A stretch of DNA of 64,000 nt, from NCBI GenBank assembly GCA_964617735.1, contig CAZTXT010000001.1:12260-76259 (forward strand). Reading direction: 5' to 3'. The notes beneath the pieces were generated by a model, which searched no databases, was not told the origin of the DNA, and worked only from the letters and a program-made list of their open reading frames with translations. The DNA comes from an uncultured Candidatus Saccharibacteria bacterium (GTDB lineage Bacteria; Patescibacteriota; Minisyncoccia; Phycocordibacterales; DSPV01). A program made the position numbers and the translations under genes. This document shows, piece after piece, positions 20,040-30,200 of this stretch. The number at the start of each line of letters is the position of its first letter. The stretch's first letter is position 1.

Positions 20040-22586
20040 TTAGTTCTCGATAATCTTGAAGATGTTGCTTGGAGGAGGAACTGGTACGGTTGTTCCACTA
20101 ATTGTATTACTATTCCAAGATTTATGACCTACCCTTGTCGTTGTATACCTGAAGATTACAACGCATGCGTATGGAGCAACTGCGTTTGGCGTACAGGAAC
20201 TTGAAACTGGAATTGCTGTAACTGAAATAGTTGACGGTGATGGATTTGGGGTTGGCATGAGAGTAACAGGCTGAGGTGATGCTCCTGCAGCCATAGTTAC
20301 TGTTACACTTAGATCAAATGGTGCCCCACCATTACTTATGGCGACATCAGGTAAATTATTAGGAAGTGTATAAGAGAATGGTACCGGATCAGCAACAGTC
20401 ATACTAAAGGTAGTAGTCTTTGCCGGGGATGCACCATTTACTGTTATCGTTCGTGTGCCGAGAGTAGCTCCCGCCGACGCAGTATACGTAAAGGTGACTG
20501 TACATGTGTATGGGGCAACAGTAGTTGGCGTGCACGACTCAGAAGCTGGGACCGAAGTGAATGCAACTCCTGGTGCTAGATTTGACGGAGTCAATGTAAC
20601 TAACTGCGGAGAACCTAACGCCGCCGTCTGTGTAACAGTTACAATGTTTGTGAACGATCCTACACCTCGGTAAACAGTACCAGAACTCGGAGCGGGTGAA
20701 TTAAGTGAATAATCAAACGGAGCCGGATTTACGACTAAATTAAACTGGGTCGTCTGTGCTCCTCCAGAAACCGTGATCGTATAATTTCCCACCGGCGTAG
20801 TCGGATAGGTGGTCGCGATAGTCAGCTGACTTGAGCAGGTCGGCGTGCATGGATTATTGGTAAACGTTGCTGATGCGCCCGCAGGAAGTCCGGATGCGTT
20901 GAGCACAACGTCGGATGGGGCGCCGAAGGTAAGCGTGCGCGTGATTGTATTACTACCAGACGAGCCTTGTGTTACGGCGATATTTCCGCCATTTGAGAGC
21001 GTGTAGCCAAATCCGGCAGAATACAGAACATAGAATGCAACGTTTCCTTGATTGGCATGGGTTGCATAAACGAGATCCTTAGATGAATCGATCCCGACGG
21101 TTGTAAAAGGTTCTGTATATACTCCATAGGGAGCGGTAGAAGGTCTGACGATAGAGCTCGGGTCAGAGACGTTCAGAACACGGAGCGCGTTGCTCGTCGC
21201 CAAGAACGCAAATCCTCCGGCAACCGCAACATCATTGATATCTTCGTTATAGGGCACAATCGTGCTGTTGGCGTGGCAGGTACCGCAGACGGTAGGAGAG
21301 CGCGGATCTGATATATCAACAACATAAAAGTTCGGGCTCGCACCGCTCCCCAAACCTACATACGCATAATTACCCAACACTGAAAGTGCTAGTCCGTACT
21401 GATTCCCTGCAGGATTGAACGTACCGACCGTTGGCACAGGAGCTGCTACAACGGCAGGCGAAGTTACGTCGATAATCTCAACTTCAGGAGAACCAGAACT
21501 ACTCGAGATCGCAAGATACGCGAGCGTCCGAGTGCCGAGCCCAGGAACGATTTGCTCCCGCACAACGATCTTATAGATATTGTGATTGATATCGTAGGTA
21601 CCGAGCAATGTAGGACCCAACGGAGAACCGGAACCGGATGCATTGTGTACATCGTAAACGAGGAGTTCGGGATTGCTGACATTGTAGCCGATTCCGACGT
21701 ATAATCTTCCATTGTAGAAATAAAGAGTTCCTCCGCCATTACCCGGAGTAGAAGGGGGGAAACTGATCACCGTAGGAGACGGATGCGGAATGACCGTCAT
21801 CGCATTCGTCATGTCGATTATCTGAAGTTGATTTGAGGCTGCATCATTGCCTACATAGTTGTAGGCGTAGGTAATACCACTCGCGGCATTTCGAGCAACC
21901 TCGATCGCACTGTATTGCATCTCTCCTTCATTCTCTCGATCGCCGTCCACGATATCATTGGCGGGTGTAATCGGGGGATAGGAAGGCAAATTTCTTCCAT
22001 CTTCCGCGATAATGTCAGGCTTTCCAACCGCGTTGCCGCCGCTCGCTATATAGAGAATGCTGTTCTGCAGATCAAAATCATTGGTATCCACGTTACCGAG
22101 ATGACTGCGACTGACTTGGGTCAACAGTTCCGGATCATGCCAATCATTCCCTGGCGTCGGAGGAAAGGGGTTGCAACCGCCACCCATGGCCTTTGCAACA
22201 GCGATGTTCGCCACGAGCGTAGAGAAATTGAAGTACTGCGCGCGATTTTTTTCTGATGTCCAATTCGAATTATCGCCAACCAATTTCATGCACGGCGAAA
22301 CATCACCGATAGTGGTGTTCATGCTATAGATATCAGAAGTTGTGGCTTGCACAGTACCCGCCTGATTCCACAGAACCGCGGTCGCGACCGTTGAGGAACC
22401 GAGATCGCTCTCTATCCGGTACATACCGTGATTGGTGAGGTTCGAATCCAAGCTTGAGCTCTGGCCACCGAACGAGACCAGCGTAGCTCCGGTGATAAAG
22501 AAAATAGCTAGAGCAAATGCGATGAGCAACTCCAATGTGGCAATTCCCCGCTGTTTGTGATGTTTCTGAACCATAAATATCACCAT
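20040..22586 (-). CDS. giant pilin-like protein (prepilin-type N-terminus plus beta-propeller/LVIVD-like repeats and C-terminal Ig-like Thr-rich domains); candidate pilus tip adhesin
   Basis: N-terminal RGIATLELLIAFALAIF; repeated motifs YVVDISDP / LRVLNVSDP / VEIIDVTSP resembling LVIVD beta-propeller blades; 848 aa. Confidence 0.7.
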   Translation of the reverse strand: MVIFMVQKHHKQRGIATLELLIAFALAIFFITGATLVSFGGQSSSLDSNLTNHGMYRIESDLGSSTVATAVLWNQAGTVQATTSDIYSMNTTIGDVSPCMKLVGDNSNWTSEKNRAQYFNFSTLVANIAVAKAMGGGCNPFPPTPGNDWHDPELLTQVSRSHLGNVDTNDFDLQNSILYIASGGNAVGKPDIIAEDGRNLPSYPPITPANDIVDGDRENEGEMQYSAIEVARNAASGITYAYNYVGNDAASNQLQIIDMTNAMTVIPHPSPTVISFPPSTPGNGGGTLYFYNGRLYVGIGYNVSNPELLVYDVHNASGSGSPLGPTLLGTYDINHNIYKIVVREQIVPGLGTRTLAYLAISSSSGSPEVEIIDVTSPAVVAAPVPTVGTFNPAGNQYGLALSVLGNYAYVGLGSGASPNFYVVDISDPRSPTVCGTCHANSTIVPYNEDINDVAVAGGFAFLATSNALRVLNVSDPSSIVRPSTAPYGVYTEPFTTVGIDSSKDLVYATHANQGNVAFYVLYSAGFGYTLSNGGNIAVTQGSSGSNTITRTLTFGAPSDVVLNASGLPAGASATFTNNPCTPTCSSQLTIATTYPTTPVGNYTITVSGGAQTTQFNLVVNPAPFDYSLNSPAPSSGTVYRGVGSFTNIVTVTQTAALGSPQLVTLTPSNLAPGVAFTSVPASESCTPTTVAPYTCTVTFTYTASAGATLGTRTITVNGASPAKTTTFSMTVADPVPFSYTLPNNLPDVAISNGGAPFDLSVTVTMAAGASPQPVTLMPTPNPSPSTISVTAIPVSSSCTPNAVAPYACVVIFRYTTTRVGHKSWNSNTISGTTVPVPPPSNIFKIIEN

Positions 22587-23050
22587 TCAATACGCCCCTC
22601 GCTATTAATGTCAATAGTGTAGGATTGCCCGCTTTGTGTGAGTGTTACGGTGCCCGCACCAGAATAGGCACTCCCGGACAATCGATCAAATACAAGTGTT
22701 GTCGGGCTTGGAGATACCGTGATAGCCGAATTCCGCGGAGTACTCCTTTGATTGACACCCGGGTAAGTGTCCCCTTCGAACGCGATAATGTTGGATGAGT
22801 CGATGTAGACACCCTGCCTCATCTGATCGACGTTGGCGAGTGCGCGAGCACGAGCACCGAGCAGCATTTGCACGATTAAGTCACGCTCACTAGAAACCGT
22901 TGAGCGATTTATAGAATTTAAACTAAGAATAGCAGTGGCACCTGCAAGTAAGATAAAGACTCCTAGTACTACCAATACTTCAATGAGCGTGAAGCCTTTA
23001 TTAAGCCAAAGGGTGTGGCTTTTAGCGTGAAAGGTGTTGGGTAATTTCAT
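22580..23050 (-). CDS. minor type IV pilin (GspH/FimT-like)
   Basis: KGFTLIEVLVVLGVFILLAG prepilin motif. Confidence 0.8.
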   Translation of the reverse strand: MKLPNTFHAKSHTLWLNKGFTLIEVLVVLGVFILLAGATAILSLNSINRSTVSSERDLIVQMLLGARARALANVDQMRQGVYIDSSNIIAFEGDTYPGVNQRSTPRNSAITVSPSPTTLVFDRLSGSAYSGAGTVTLTQSGQSYTIDINSEGRIEW

Positions 23051-24329
23051 AGATCGGGGTGATAACAGAAACGGCGACGAATCCGACGATAAGGCCCATG
23101 AAGATCATCAGCACCGGCTCGATGGAGCTCGAGAGATTCTTCACGGCATCATCCACTTCGGCCTCATAGTGCTCCGAGAGATACATGAGCGAGTCGGAGA
23201 GCGTGCCCGATGCCTCGCCGATCGAGATCATGTGGCAGACAATGTCGGGAAAGAGCTTAGGCTCGGTCTCAAGATACGTCGAGATGCGCTCGCCTTTGAC
23301 GATGCGCTCGCGCAGCTCGATGCACTCTTCCTTATACACCGGGTTCGCGGTCGAATCGCTCGTTACCGTCGCCGCTTCGACGACGTTGAAACCGCTGCGC
23401 AACAGCAAGCTAAGCGTGCGGGAGAAATTCGCCATGTTGTAATCCTGCACGAGCCTGCCGAGAAGTGGCACGCGCAGTATGGTCCGCGCCACAAAGTAGC
23501 GGAAGGTTTTGTTGGCCCGGAGCAAAAAGAAGAACCCTGCAGCGGCAATGATAAGGCCGATCAAGGTATAGATGCCCCAATGGCGCAAGAAATTGCTGAT
23601 GAACAAAAGCGTCACCGTGGTAAAAGGCAAGCTGACATTGAGGCTTGCGAAGATCGGCATGACCTTCGGGAATATATAGACCGTGAGCAGGGTTGAGATG
23701 CCGATGGTTGCGAGCGTTATGAACGCGGGATAGACCAACGCGCCGATGACTTTGCGCCGGAGTGCATAGCGCTTTTGCAGTTCCTCGGAGAGATACACGA
23801 GATTGTTGCTCAAACTGCCGCTCATCTCGCCGACGCGAATGACGTTTATCGCGAAATCGCCGAAGCTCTCCTTAAAGCGCGCGAGTCCCGAAGAGAGCGG
23901 GCGTCCATTCGACACATCGTCGATGACGACTTCCAAAATCTTCTTCTTCGACTTTGCCTTCGTCTGTTTTTGCAAGAGGTGAAGACTTTCGAGTATAGGA
24001 ATGCCGGAGCGGATCAAAAAGGCGAGGCGCTTGGCGAAATGGACCAGGTCTTTCGTCGAGTAGCTTCCGAACACAAAAAGGCGGGAACGGCGCTTTTTCG
24101 TTTCTTTAGTTCCATACCCGATCGCGGGTGTTTGAGGCCCCGCCGGCCTATCTTTTTTCGAGAACGGCAGCTTCATGCGCTTGGGTGCATCCTTTTTCAC
24201 GTCGGACTTCTTGAGCGCCGGCGGCGTGACCGGAGTCGCTTTCTGTATCTGCGGCAAGAGCGGCGCTTGGGTTTCCCGCTCCGGCGTCGTCTTTATCGAA
24301 ATCTTTATTCTATGCTCCGAATCACTCAT
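23022..24329 (-). CDS. pilC: type IV pilus assembly platform protein PilC (GspF family) with Lys/Pro-rich N-terminal extension
   Basis: Two T2SSF repeats and three TM segments in the typical arrangement; ~90-aa basic N-terminal extension. Confidence 0.85.
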   Translation of the reverse strand: MSDSEHRIKISIKTTPERETQAPLLPQIQKATPVTPPALKKSDVKKDAPKRMKLPFSKKDRPAGPQTPAIGYGTKETKKRRSRLFVFGSYSTKDLVHFAKRLAFLIRSGIPILESLHLLQKQTKAKSKKKILEVVIDDVSNGRPLSSGLARFKESFGDFAINVIRVGEMSGSLSNNLVYLSEELQKRYALRRKVIGALVYPAFITLATIGISTLLTVYIFPKVMPIFASLNVSLPFTTVTLLFISNFLRHWGIYTLIGLIIAAAGFFFLLRANKTFRYFVARTILRVPLLGRLVQDYNMANFSRTLSLLLRSGFNVVEAATVTSDSTANPVYKEECIELRERIVKGERISTYLETEPKLFPDIVCHMISIGEASGTLSDSLMYLSEHYEAEVDDAVKNLSSSIEPVLMIFMGLIVGFVAVSVITPIYEITQHLSR

Positions 24330-25569
24330 GGGTTACGCGCAAAATCTCTTGGAAGGTCGTGTCTCCCGCGACAGCTTTACGCACACCGTCTTCGATCATT
24401 GGCGTCATGCCATTTTTGATTGCGATCTGCTTGATCTCGCTCGCCGATGCTTTGCGCAACATCGCCTCGCGAACCTCACTGTCAACCACGAGTACTTCTC
24501 CGATCACCGTGCGGCCGCGATACCCCGTATTGCCGCAGGACTCGCACCCTCTGCCTTGATAGATCTTGTCGATACTCTCAAGAAGATGCGCCGGCAGCGA
24601 ACCCGAGAGGCTCTGCCGCTCCGCGGCGGAGAGCACGCGCTCTTCTTTGCAATGTTGGCAGATCTTGCGGACCAAGCGCTGACCGATCGCGATGTTCACC
24701 GTCGAAGCGACGAGAAACGGCTCGATGCGCATATCCAGAAGGCGCGGCAAGGTCGTCGCGGCATCATTGGTGTGTATGGTAGAGAGCAGAAGGTGGCCTG
24801 TGAGTGCGGTGTTAACTGAGATCGAAGCGGTTTCGACATCGCGGATCTCGCCAACCATTATGATGTTGGGGTCCTGGCGGAGTATCGAGCGGAGGCCGTC
24901 TGCGAAGGTGAGCCCCGTGCGCGGATTGACCTGTATCTGCTCAATGCCTTCAACGGCATACTCGATGGGGTCTTCGATGGTAACGATCGAAGTGTCGCGC
25001 GTGTTGAGCAATTTGATAAGCGTGTAGAGTGTCGTGGTCTTGCCCGAGCCAGTCGGACCCGTCGAGAGGATCATCCCATGCGGACGTTTTGCCGCGCGGA
25101 GTATTTTTTCCTGATCTTGTTTTGAAAAGCCGATCGCTTCGAGCGTGAATTGCGCTGACTTATCGGAGAGGAGACGGAGCACCGCGTTCTCGCCGTAGTA
25201 GGTTGGGATTATGGAAATGCGAATGTCCACCGGATCACCGTCATAGCTGGTACGGAAGCGGCCGTCCTGTGCCGCTTGGTGTTCATCGGTGCGCAAACCA
25301 GCAAGCACTTTGATGCGCGAGATGACCGGCGCGTGCAGTTCTTTCGGGAGCGTGTAGGAATCGAGCAATACGCCGTCCACGCGGATGCGGACATGTACCG
25401 ACTGCGCATGGGGGTCTATATGGATATCGGACGCACGGGCCTGATGGGCATGCTCGATAAGGGATTGCACGAGGTTGATAACGGATGCCTCGGCGCCCCG
25501 CGCGATTTCATGCTGGACCGTTGTTTTGCTCGGATTTGTGGTCGGATTCATAAGATATCTTGCAAACAA
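24322..25569 (-). CDS. pilB: type IV pilus assembly ATPase, GspE/PilB family (short form lacking N1 domain)
   Basis: Walker A LSTGPTGSGKTTTLYT, Asp box, His box, C-terminal tetracysteine CQHC...CESCGNTGYRGR. Confidence 0.85.
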   Translation of the reverse strand: MFARYLMNPTTNPSKTTVQHEIARGAEASVINLVQSLIEHAHQARASDIHIDPHAQSVHVRIRVDGVLLDSYTLPKELHAPVISRIKVLAGLRTDEHQAAQDGRFRTSYDGDPVDIRISIIPTYYGENAVLRLLSDKSAQFTLEAIGFSKQDQEKILRAAKRPHGMILSTGPTGSGKTTTLYTLIKLLNTRDTSIVTIEDPIEYAVEGIEQIQVNPRTGLTFADGLRSILRQDPNIIMVGEIRDVETASISVNTALTGHLLLSTIHTNDAATTLPRLLDMRIEPFLVASTVNIAIGQRLVRKICQHCKEERVLSAAERQSLSGSLPAHLLESIDKIYQGRGCESCGNTGYRGRTVIGEVLVVDSEVREAMLRKASASEIKQIAIKNGMTPMIEDGVRKAVAGDTTFQEILRVTHE

Positions 25570-25683
25570 TACTCATCTTCATCAAATAATACAAGCTTAA
25601 AGCGGCATTTCTGCCCTAATCATCAAACGGGTAAATTATAATGTAAATAATAGATTTGTCAATCTGTCTCCCGCTTCTTACGG

Positions 25684-25711
25684 TTGACGGATCAGAAGTA
25701 ATACGTACTAT
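25684..25711 (+). promoter_or_regulatory. candidate sigma70-type promoter for purB
   Basis: TTGACG - 16 nt - TACTAT, ~50 nt upstream of the RBS AAGGAAAA preceding ATG 25764; AT-rich divergent region between pilB and purB. Confidence 0.35.
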
Positions 25712-25763
25712 GTTCGCAGACCCAGTCGAATAAAATTCGACATTGAAAATAGAAAGGAAAACG

Positions 25764-27236
25764 ATGAACACGGAAAAAAATCTTGTACTTCCGGGAAATC
25801 CCCGCTATCAGCCGAGATCGCTCAAAGACATCTTTGGCTATGACAACCTAATGCGCTCTGTCGGAGAAGTGGAACTCGCTTCGCTCGAAGTCCTCCACCA
25901 ACTGGGAGTCGTGCCAAAAAAGGCCTTCGACTCGCTCACTCCAGAAGCGCGAGAAGCGATACTCAACATCAAAACGACCGACGTCGACGACATCGAGCGT
26001 AAAATAACCAAGCACGACATCCGTGCTTGGGTGAGATGTGCACAGGAAATAGTTCCTCCCCTCGCTACGTACATTCATATCATTCTCACGAGCTACGACC
26101 CCCTGGAGACCGCTCGGGCACTCCAATTCCGGCGGGCGCATGAGCTCGTCGTGAAACCGAAAGCCCTCGAGATCGCGGGGATATTTGCAGAACATATTGA
26201 GGCTTCTGCCAAGACAGTGATGTGCGGGCGGACGCACGGACAGCATGCTCTCCCGATAACGGTCGGCTTCTGGCTGGCGACTATCCTCTCGCGCATCCTC
26301 ACGAACCTCGGGATGATGGACCTCTTCGCGCGCGGCCTCGTCGGCAAGATATCAGGTGCCGTCGGCGCACATAACGCGCAGGTCGGCCTCAGCATCGCAG
26401 TGTACTGCGAGAACGCGGCGAGCGATGCAGGCGCGCCGTATGGTGATAAGGACTTCGAGCACCGAGTGCTCCGCAAGCTCGGACTCGAACCCGCGACGAT
26501 ATCGACGCAGATACTGCCGCCGGAGCCTCTGGCGTATTATCTGCACTCCGCAGTGCTCTTATCTGCATCGCTCGCACAGCTCGGGCGCGACTGTCGGCAC
26601 TTGATGAGGAGCGAAATCGCAGAAGTATCGGAACCGTTCGAGATCGGACAGGTTGGATCATCCACCATGGCCCATAAGCGCAATCCGATAAACTTCGAGA
26701 ACTTGGAGGGTATGTACATTCGCACGATGGCCGAGCATCAAAAAGTGCTCTCGACCTTGATCAGCGAACATCAGCGTGACCTCGTGGGAAGCTCGGTCGC
26801 ACGAGACTTCCCTATCATCATCATAAACGTCGTGCAACAGCTCGAGACGCTCCTCCGTAAGAACGACGCGGGAGTAGCATTCCTCGCGCGTATCCAAGTC
26901 AGCGAAGCGGCGTGCCTTGAAAACCTAGCTAAGAGCAAGAACCTCATCATGGCAGAGCCGATATATATCGCTCTCCAGATGGCCGGCTACGAAGGCGATG
27001 CGCACGAGCTGATAAACCGCAAGGCGATGCGTATCGCCCAGGAGAAGAACGTACCGCTCATCGCGGCCGTCCTCGAGCTGGCGGGCAGTGAGCCGAAACT
27101 CAACGCGGCGATCAGCGGGATTCCGTCCGAGGTCTTCGATACCTTCGGCACGCCCGAGAAATATGTCGGGGACTCGGCGGCAAAAGCCCTCGAAATAGCC
27201 CGATGGGCACGGGAACGCATAGCTGAATACAACTAG
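25764..27236 (+). CDS. purB: adenylosuccinate lyase
   Basis: Fumarate-lyase signature GSSTMAHKRNP; start placed at the ATG with RBS (25764) rather than 25743. Confidence 0.9.
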   Translation: MNTEKNLVLPGNPRYQPRSLKDIFGYDNLMRSVGEVELASLEVLHQLGVVPKKAFDSLTPEAREAILNIKTTDVDDIERKITKHDIRAWVRCAQEIVPPLATYIHIILTSYDPLETARALQFRRAHELVVKPKALEIAGIFAEHIEASAKTVMCGRTHGQHALPITVGFWLATILSRILTNLGMMDLFARGLVGKISGAVGAHNAQVGLSIAVYCENAASDAGAPYGDKDFEHRVLRKLGLEPATISTQILPPEPLAYYLHSAVLLSASLAQLGRDCRHLMRSEIAEVSEPFEIGQVGSSTMAHKRNPINFENLEGMYIRTMAEHQKVLSTLISEHQRDLVGSSVARDFPIIIINVVQQLETLLRKNDAGVAFLARIQVSEAACLENLAKSKNLIMAEPIYIALQMAGYEGDAHELINRKAMRIAQEKNVPLIAAVLELAGSEPKLNAAISGIPSEVFDTFGTPEKYVGDSAAKALEIARWARERIAEYN

Positions 27237-27245
27237 AAAAAGCGC

Positions 27246-27276
27246 GCGGCGCTCCTCCTCGGAGCGCCGCTTTTTT
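27246..27276. terminator. bidirectional rho-independent terminator between purB and ileS
   Basis: 10-bp GC stem GCGGCGCTCC-tcctc-GGAGCGCCGC followed by TTTTTT. Confidence 0.8.
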
Positions 27277-30200
27277 ATTTCAATTCGAAATCGCCGGAGG
27301 AGAGGACGCCGTGGTTTATTTTTGAAAGTGACGCAGATTTCTTGATTTCAGATTCAAACTCCTGAAGCAGCCCTGTCGCGGCGACCGATGAAGAAGTTGA
27401 GAGAATTGCGGACTGGCCGGGCTTGAGCCCTTTTTGCTTGCGCAACTCTTGAATAGTGCGGATGGCTTCGCGCAAATCCCCTTCCCGCTTGAGCGCAGGA
27501 GTTATGGCGGTATCGAGCTCAACGTCAGTAGCGAGTTTCGCATCGACGACTATTTCTTTTACATTCACCTCGTCGAGGATGAGCTCTGGTGCAGAGACTT
27601 TCGTTTTTATCGTGAGCTTGGCGAGCGGCTGGCGAACATTGATCTTGGTTTTGGCGCGAGTCTCAAGCGCACGTGAGACGATGTCGCGTACAACCTTCAT
27701 GTCCGCAATAACCGACTGGTCCACCCGCTTCGCTTCTGGCCAATCTTCAAGATGAACGCTTTCTCTCGCTCCCCCCGCATTTTTGTAGAGATATTCCGCA
27801 AAGAATGGCGTGAACGGGGCCATCAGCTTGCTCAACCCGATGAGTATTTCTCGCAAGGTCGCGAGCGCTGCCGCTTTGTCCTTTTCGTCATCGCCCTTGA
27901 TGCGCTCGCGTGAGCGGCGCAGATACCACTGCGAGAGATCCTCGATAAACTCGCGAATGGCGCGTGTCGGCTCAAGGAGCTGGAATGCATCCAGGCGCTT
28001 GGTCACTTCAAGCGTAAGCTCGGAGAGCCGTGCGAGTATCCAGCGATCGAGGACGTCGACTGGGCTAGGAATTGAAGCGGTCTTTTTGTCCTCTGGTGCA
28101 TATAAGAGATAGAACGAGAGAACGTTTGCGGCAAGATTGAAAACTTTTTTGACCACTTCATCCACCGTGCGCTCATCGAAATTCTTCGCCTCGCCGGGCT
28201 GGTTGACCGAGTACATCCAGAAGCGTAAGGGGTCCGCGCCGTACTTTTCTATAGCGAGCCACGGGTCAACGGTGTTGCCGAGGGATTTGCTCATCTTCTT
28301 TCCCTGCGCATCGAGAATATGACCGAGGCAGATGACATTTTTGTACGCTTTGCCCTTGCCCATAAGAATTCCTACCGCATGAAGGGTATAGAACCACCCA
28401 CGCGTCTGATCGATCGCTTCGGAGATGAAATCGGCTGGATACCCTTGTGCCTTGTGAAAAAAGCTGGAATCAATGCGCTCCCGATTTTCAAAGGGATAGT
28501 GTTCCTCGGCGAACGGCATCGCTCCCGAATCGAACCAGACGTCCATCACCTCTTTGACGCGCTCCATCTCGCCACCGCAGTGGTCGCAGACGAGCTTTAC
28601 CGCATCAATGTACGGCCGGTGCAAATCGAGCTCGAAATTTCGGTTGCGCGGAATCCGGCGCCATTTCAATTCTTTGATGGCTGAGTTTTGCATAAACAGC
28701 TTCCCCTTCGGCCTTACGGCAAGGGACTGGGATACGTCAAAACCTTCTGCAGCCGAGGTCATCATCCACAATGGACCGTCGTGGCTGACGATGAGAACAT
28801 TCTTGCCGGCATAGGCCGCGTCGACTTCTTGGAGAAAAGATGCGACCCTTGCCTTAATCTGCAAGCGGCCCTCGATACCCCGAGCGTTTTGATAGAAATC
28901 CTCCGAGCGATTGATAAATAAATTGGAGAGCTCGGCGCTCGGCATACCTTCAAGCTCACCAACGCCCATTTCACGGAGTCGCTCGTCGAAAACTATTTTC
29001 TCTTGGGGGATGCCGAGCCTCTCTGCGATTATCCCTGCAGTTTCTCTTGTACGCTGAAACGGCGAAGAGAAGATAACATCGATATGCTGACGGGCAAGAA
29101 CCTCGCCCGTAGCTTTCGCCTGCTCTATCCCCTGTTCGGTCAACGAGTACGCCTGGCTGCGATCCGAGTTGAGTACTCGCTCGACATTATTTTTCGCTTC
29201 GGCATGACGCACCAAATAGAAATGCGCCCCGTCGCTTTTGCCCTCTATGTCGGCAACCGAGCCAGCCACTTTCTCTCTGTGGCATTTCCCACACTTCCAA
29301 ACCGGAAGCGGTGTTCCCCAGTAGCGTTCACGAGAGATCGCCCAGTCTTTTATTTCGCGCAGCCACTCGCCGAAGCGACCGTCTTTGATGTATGACGGTT
29401 CCCAGTTGATAGTCTGATTCTCGGCGACGAGCTTGTCTTTGAGCGCGCTCATCTTGATGTACCACGAGTCGCGCGCGAAGTAGATGAGCGGTGTGTGGCA
29501 TCGCCAACAGAAGGGATAAGAGTGCTGGTATTTTTCTTTATCAAAGAGAAGCCCGCGCCCAGCGAGATCTTTGATGATGGCGACATCAGTCTCGGGATCT
29601 TTGACGAACTTTCCCGCGAGAAAGCCGGTTTCTTCTTTGAAGGTCCCATCGTCTTTGACGAGGTGTTGTTTCGGAAGTCCAACCTTCGTGCCAAGTTCAA
29701 AGTCATCCTGTCCATACATCGGCGCAATATGGACGATCCCGGTGCCGTCGGCAGTCGTCACGAAATCTGCCGCGTACACTTTGCATGCCGTTCCGTTTGT
29801 TTTCATAAAGGGATAGATCGGCTCGTACTGACCGCCGACCAGATCTTCACCGGAAGCGAATACTTTGAATACTTTGTATTTTTTATCTTTCAAAACCGAA
29901 AGACGTTTGGTCGCAAGAATAAGACGCTCTTTTGTCTCTTCGAGCTCAACTTCGGTGTATTCGATCTTTGCCCCTACCGCGAGTGCGACATTGCCCGGAA
30001 GCGTCCAGGGAGTGGTCGTCCACGCCAGAAGATACGTGTTGTCTTTCCCAACAACTTTGAATTTCACATAGACCGAGAGATCTTTGACATCTTCATACCC
30101 TTGCGCGAGCTCGTGGGATGAGAGCGCAGTACCACAGCGCGGGCACCACGGCACGACTTTGTAATCCTTGTAGAGTAAGCCTTTGCCGTGAACATGCTTG

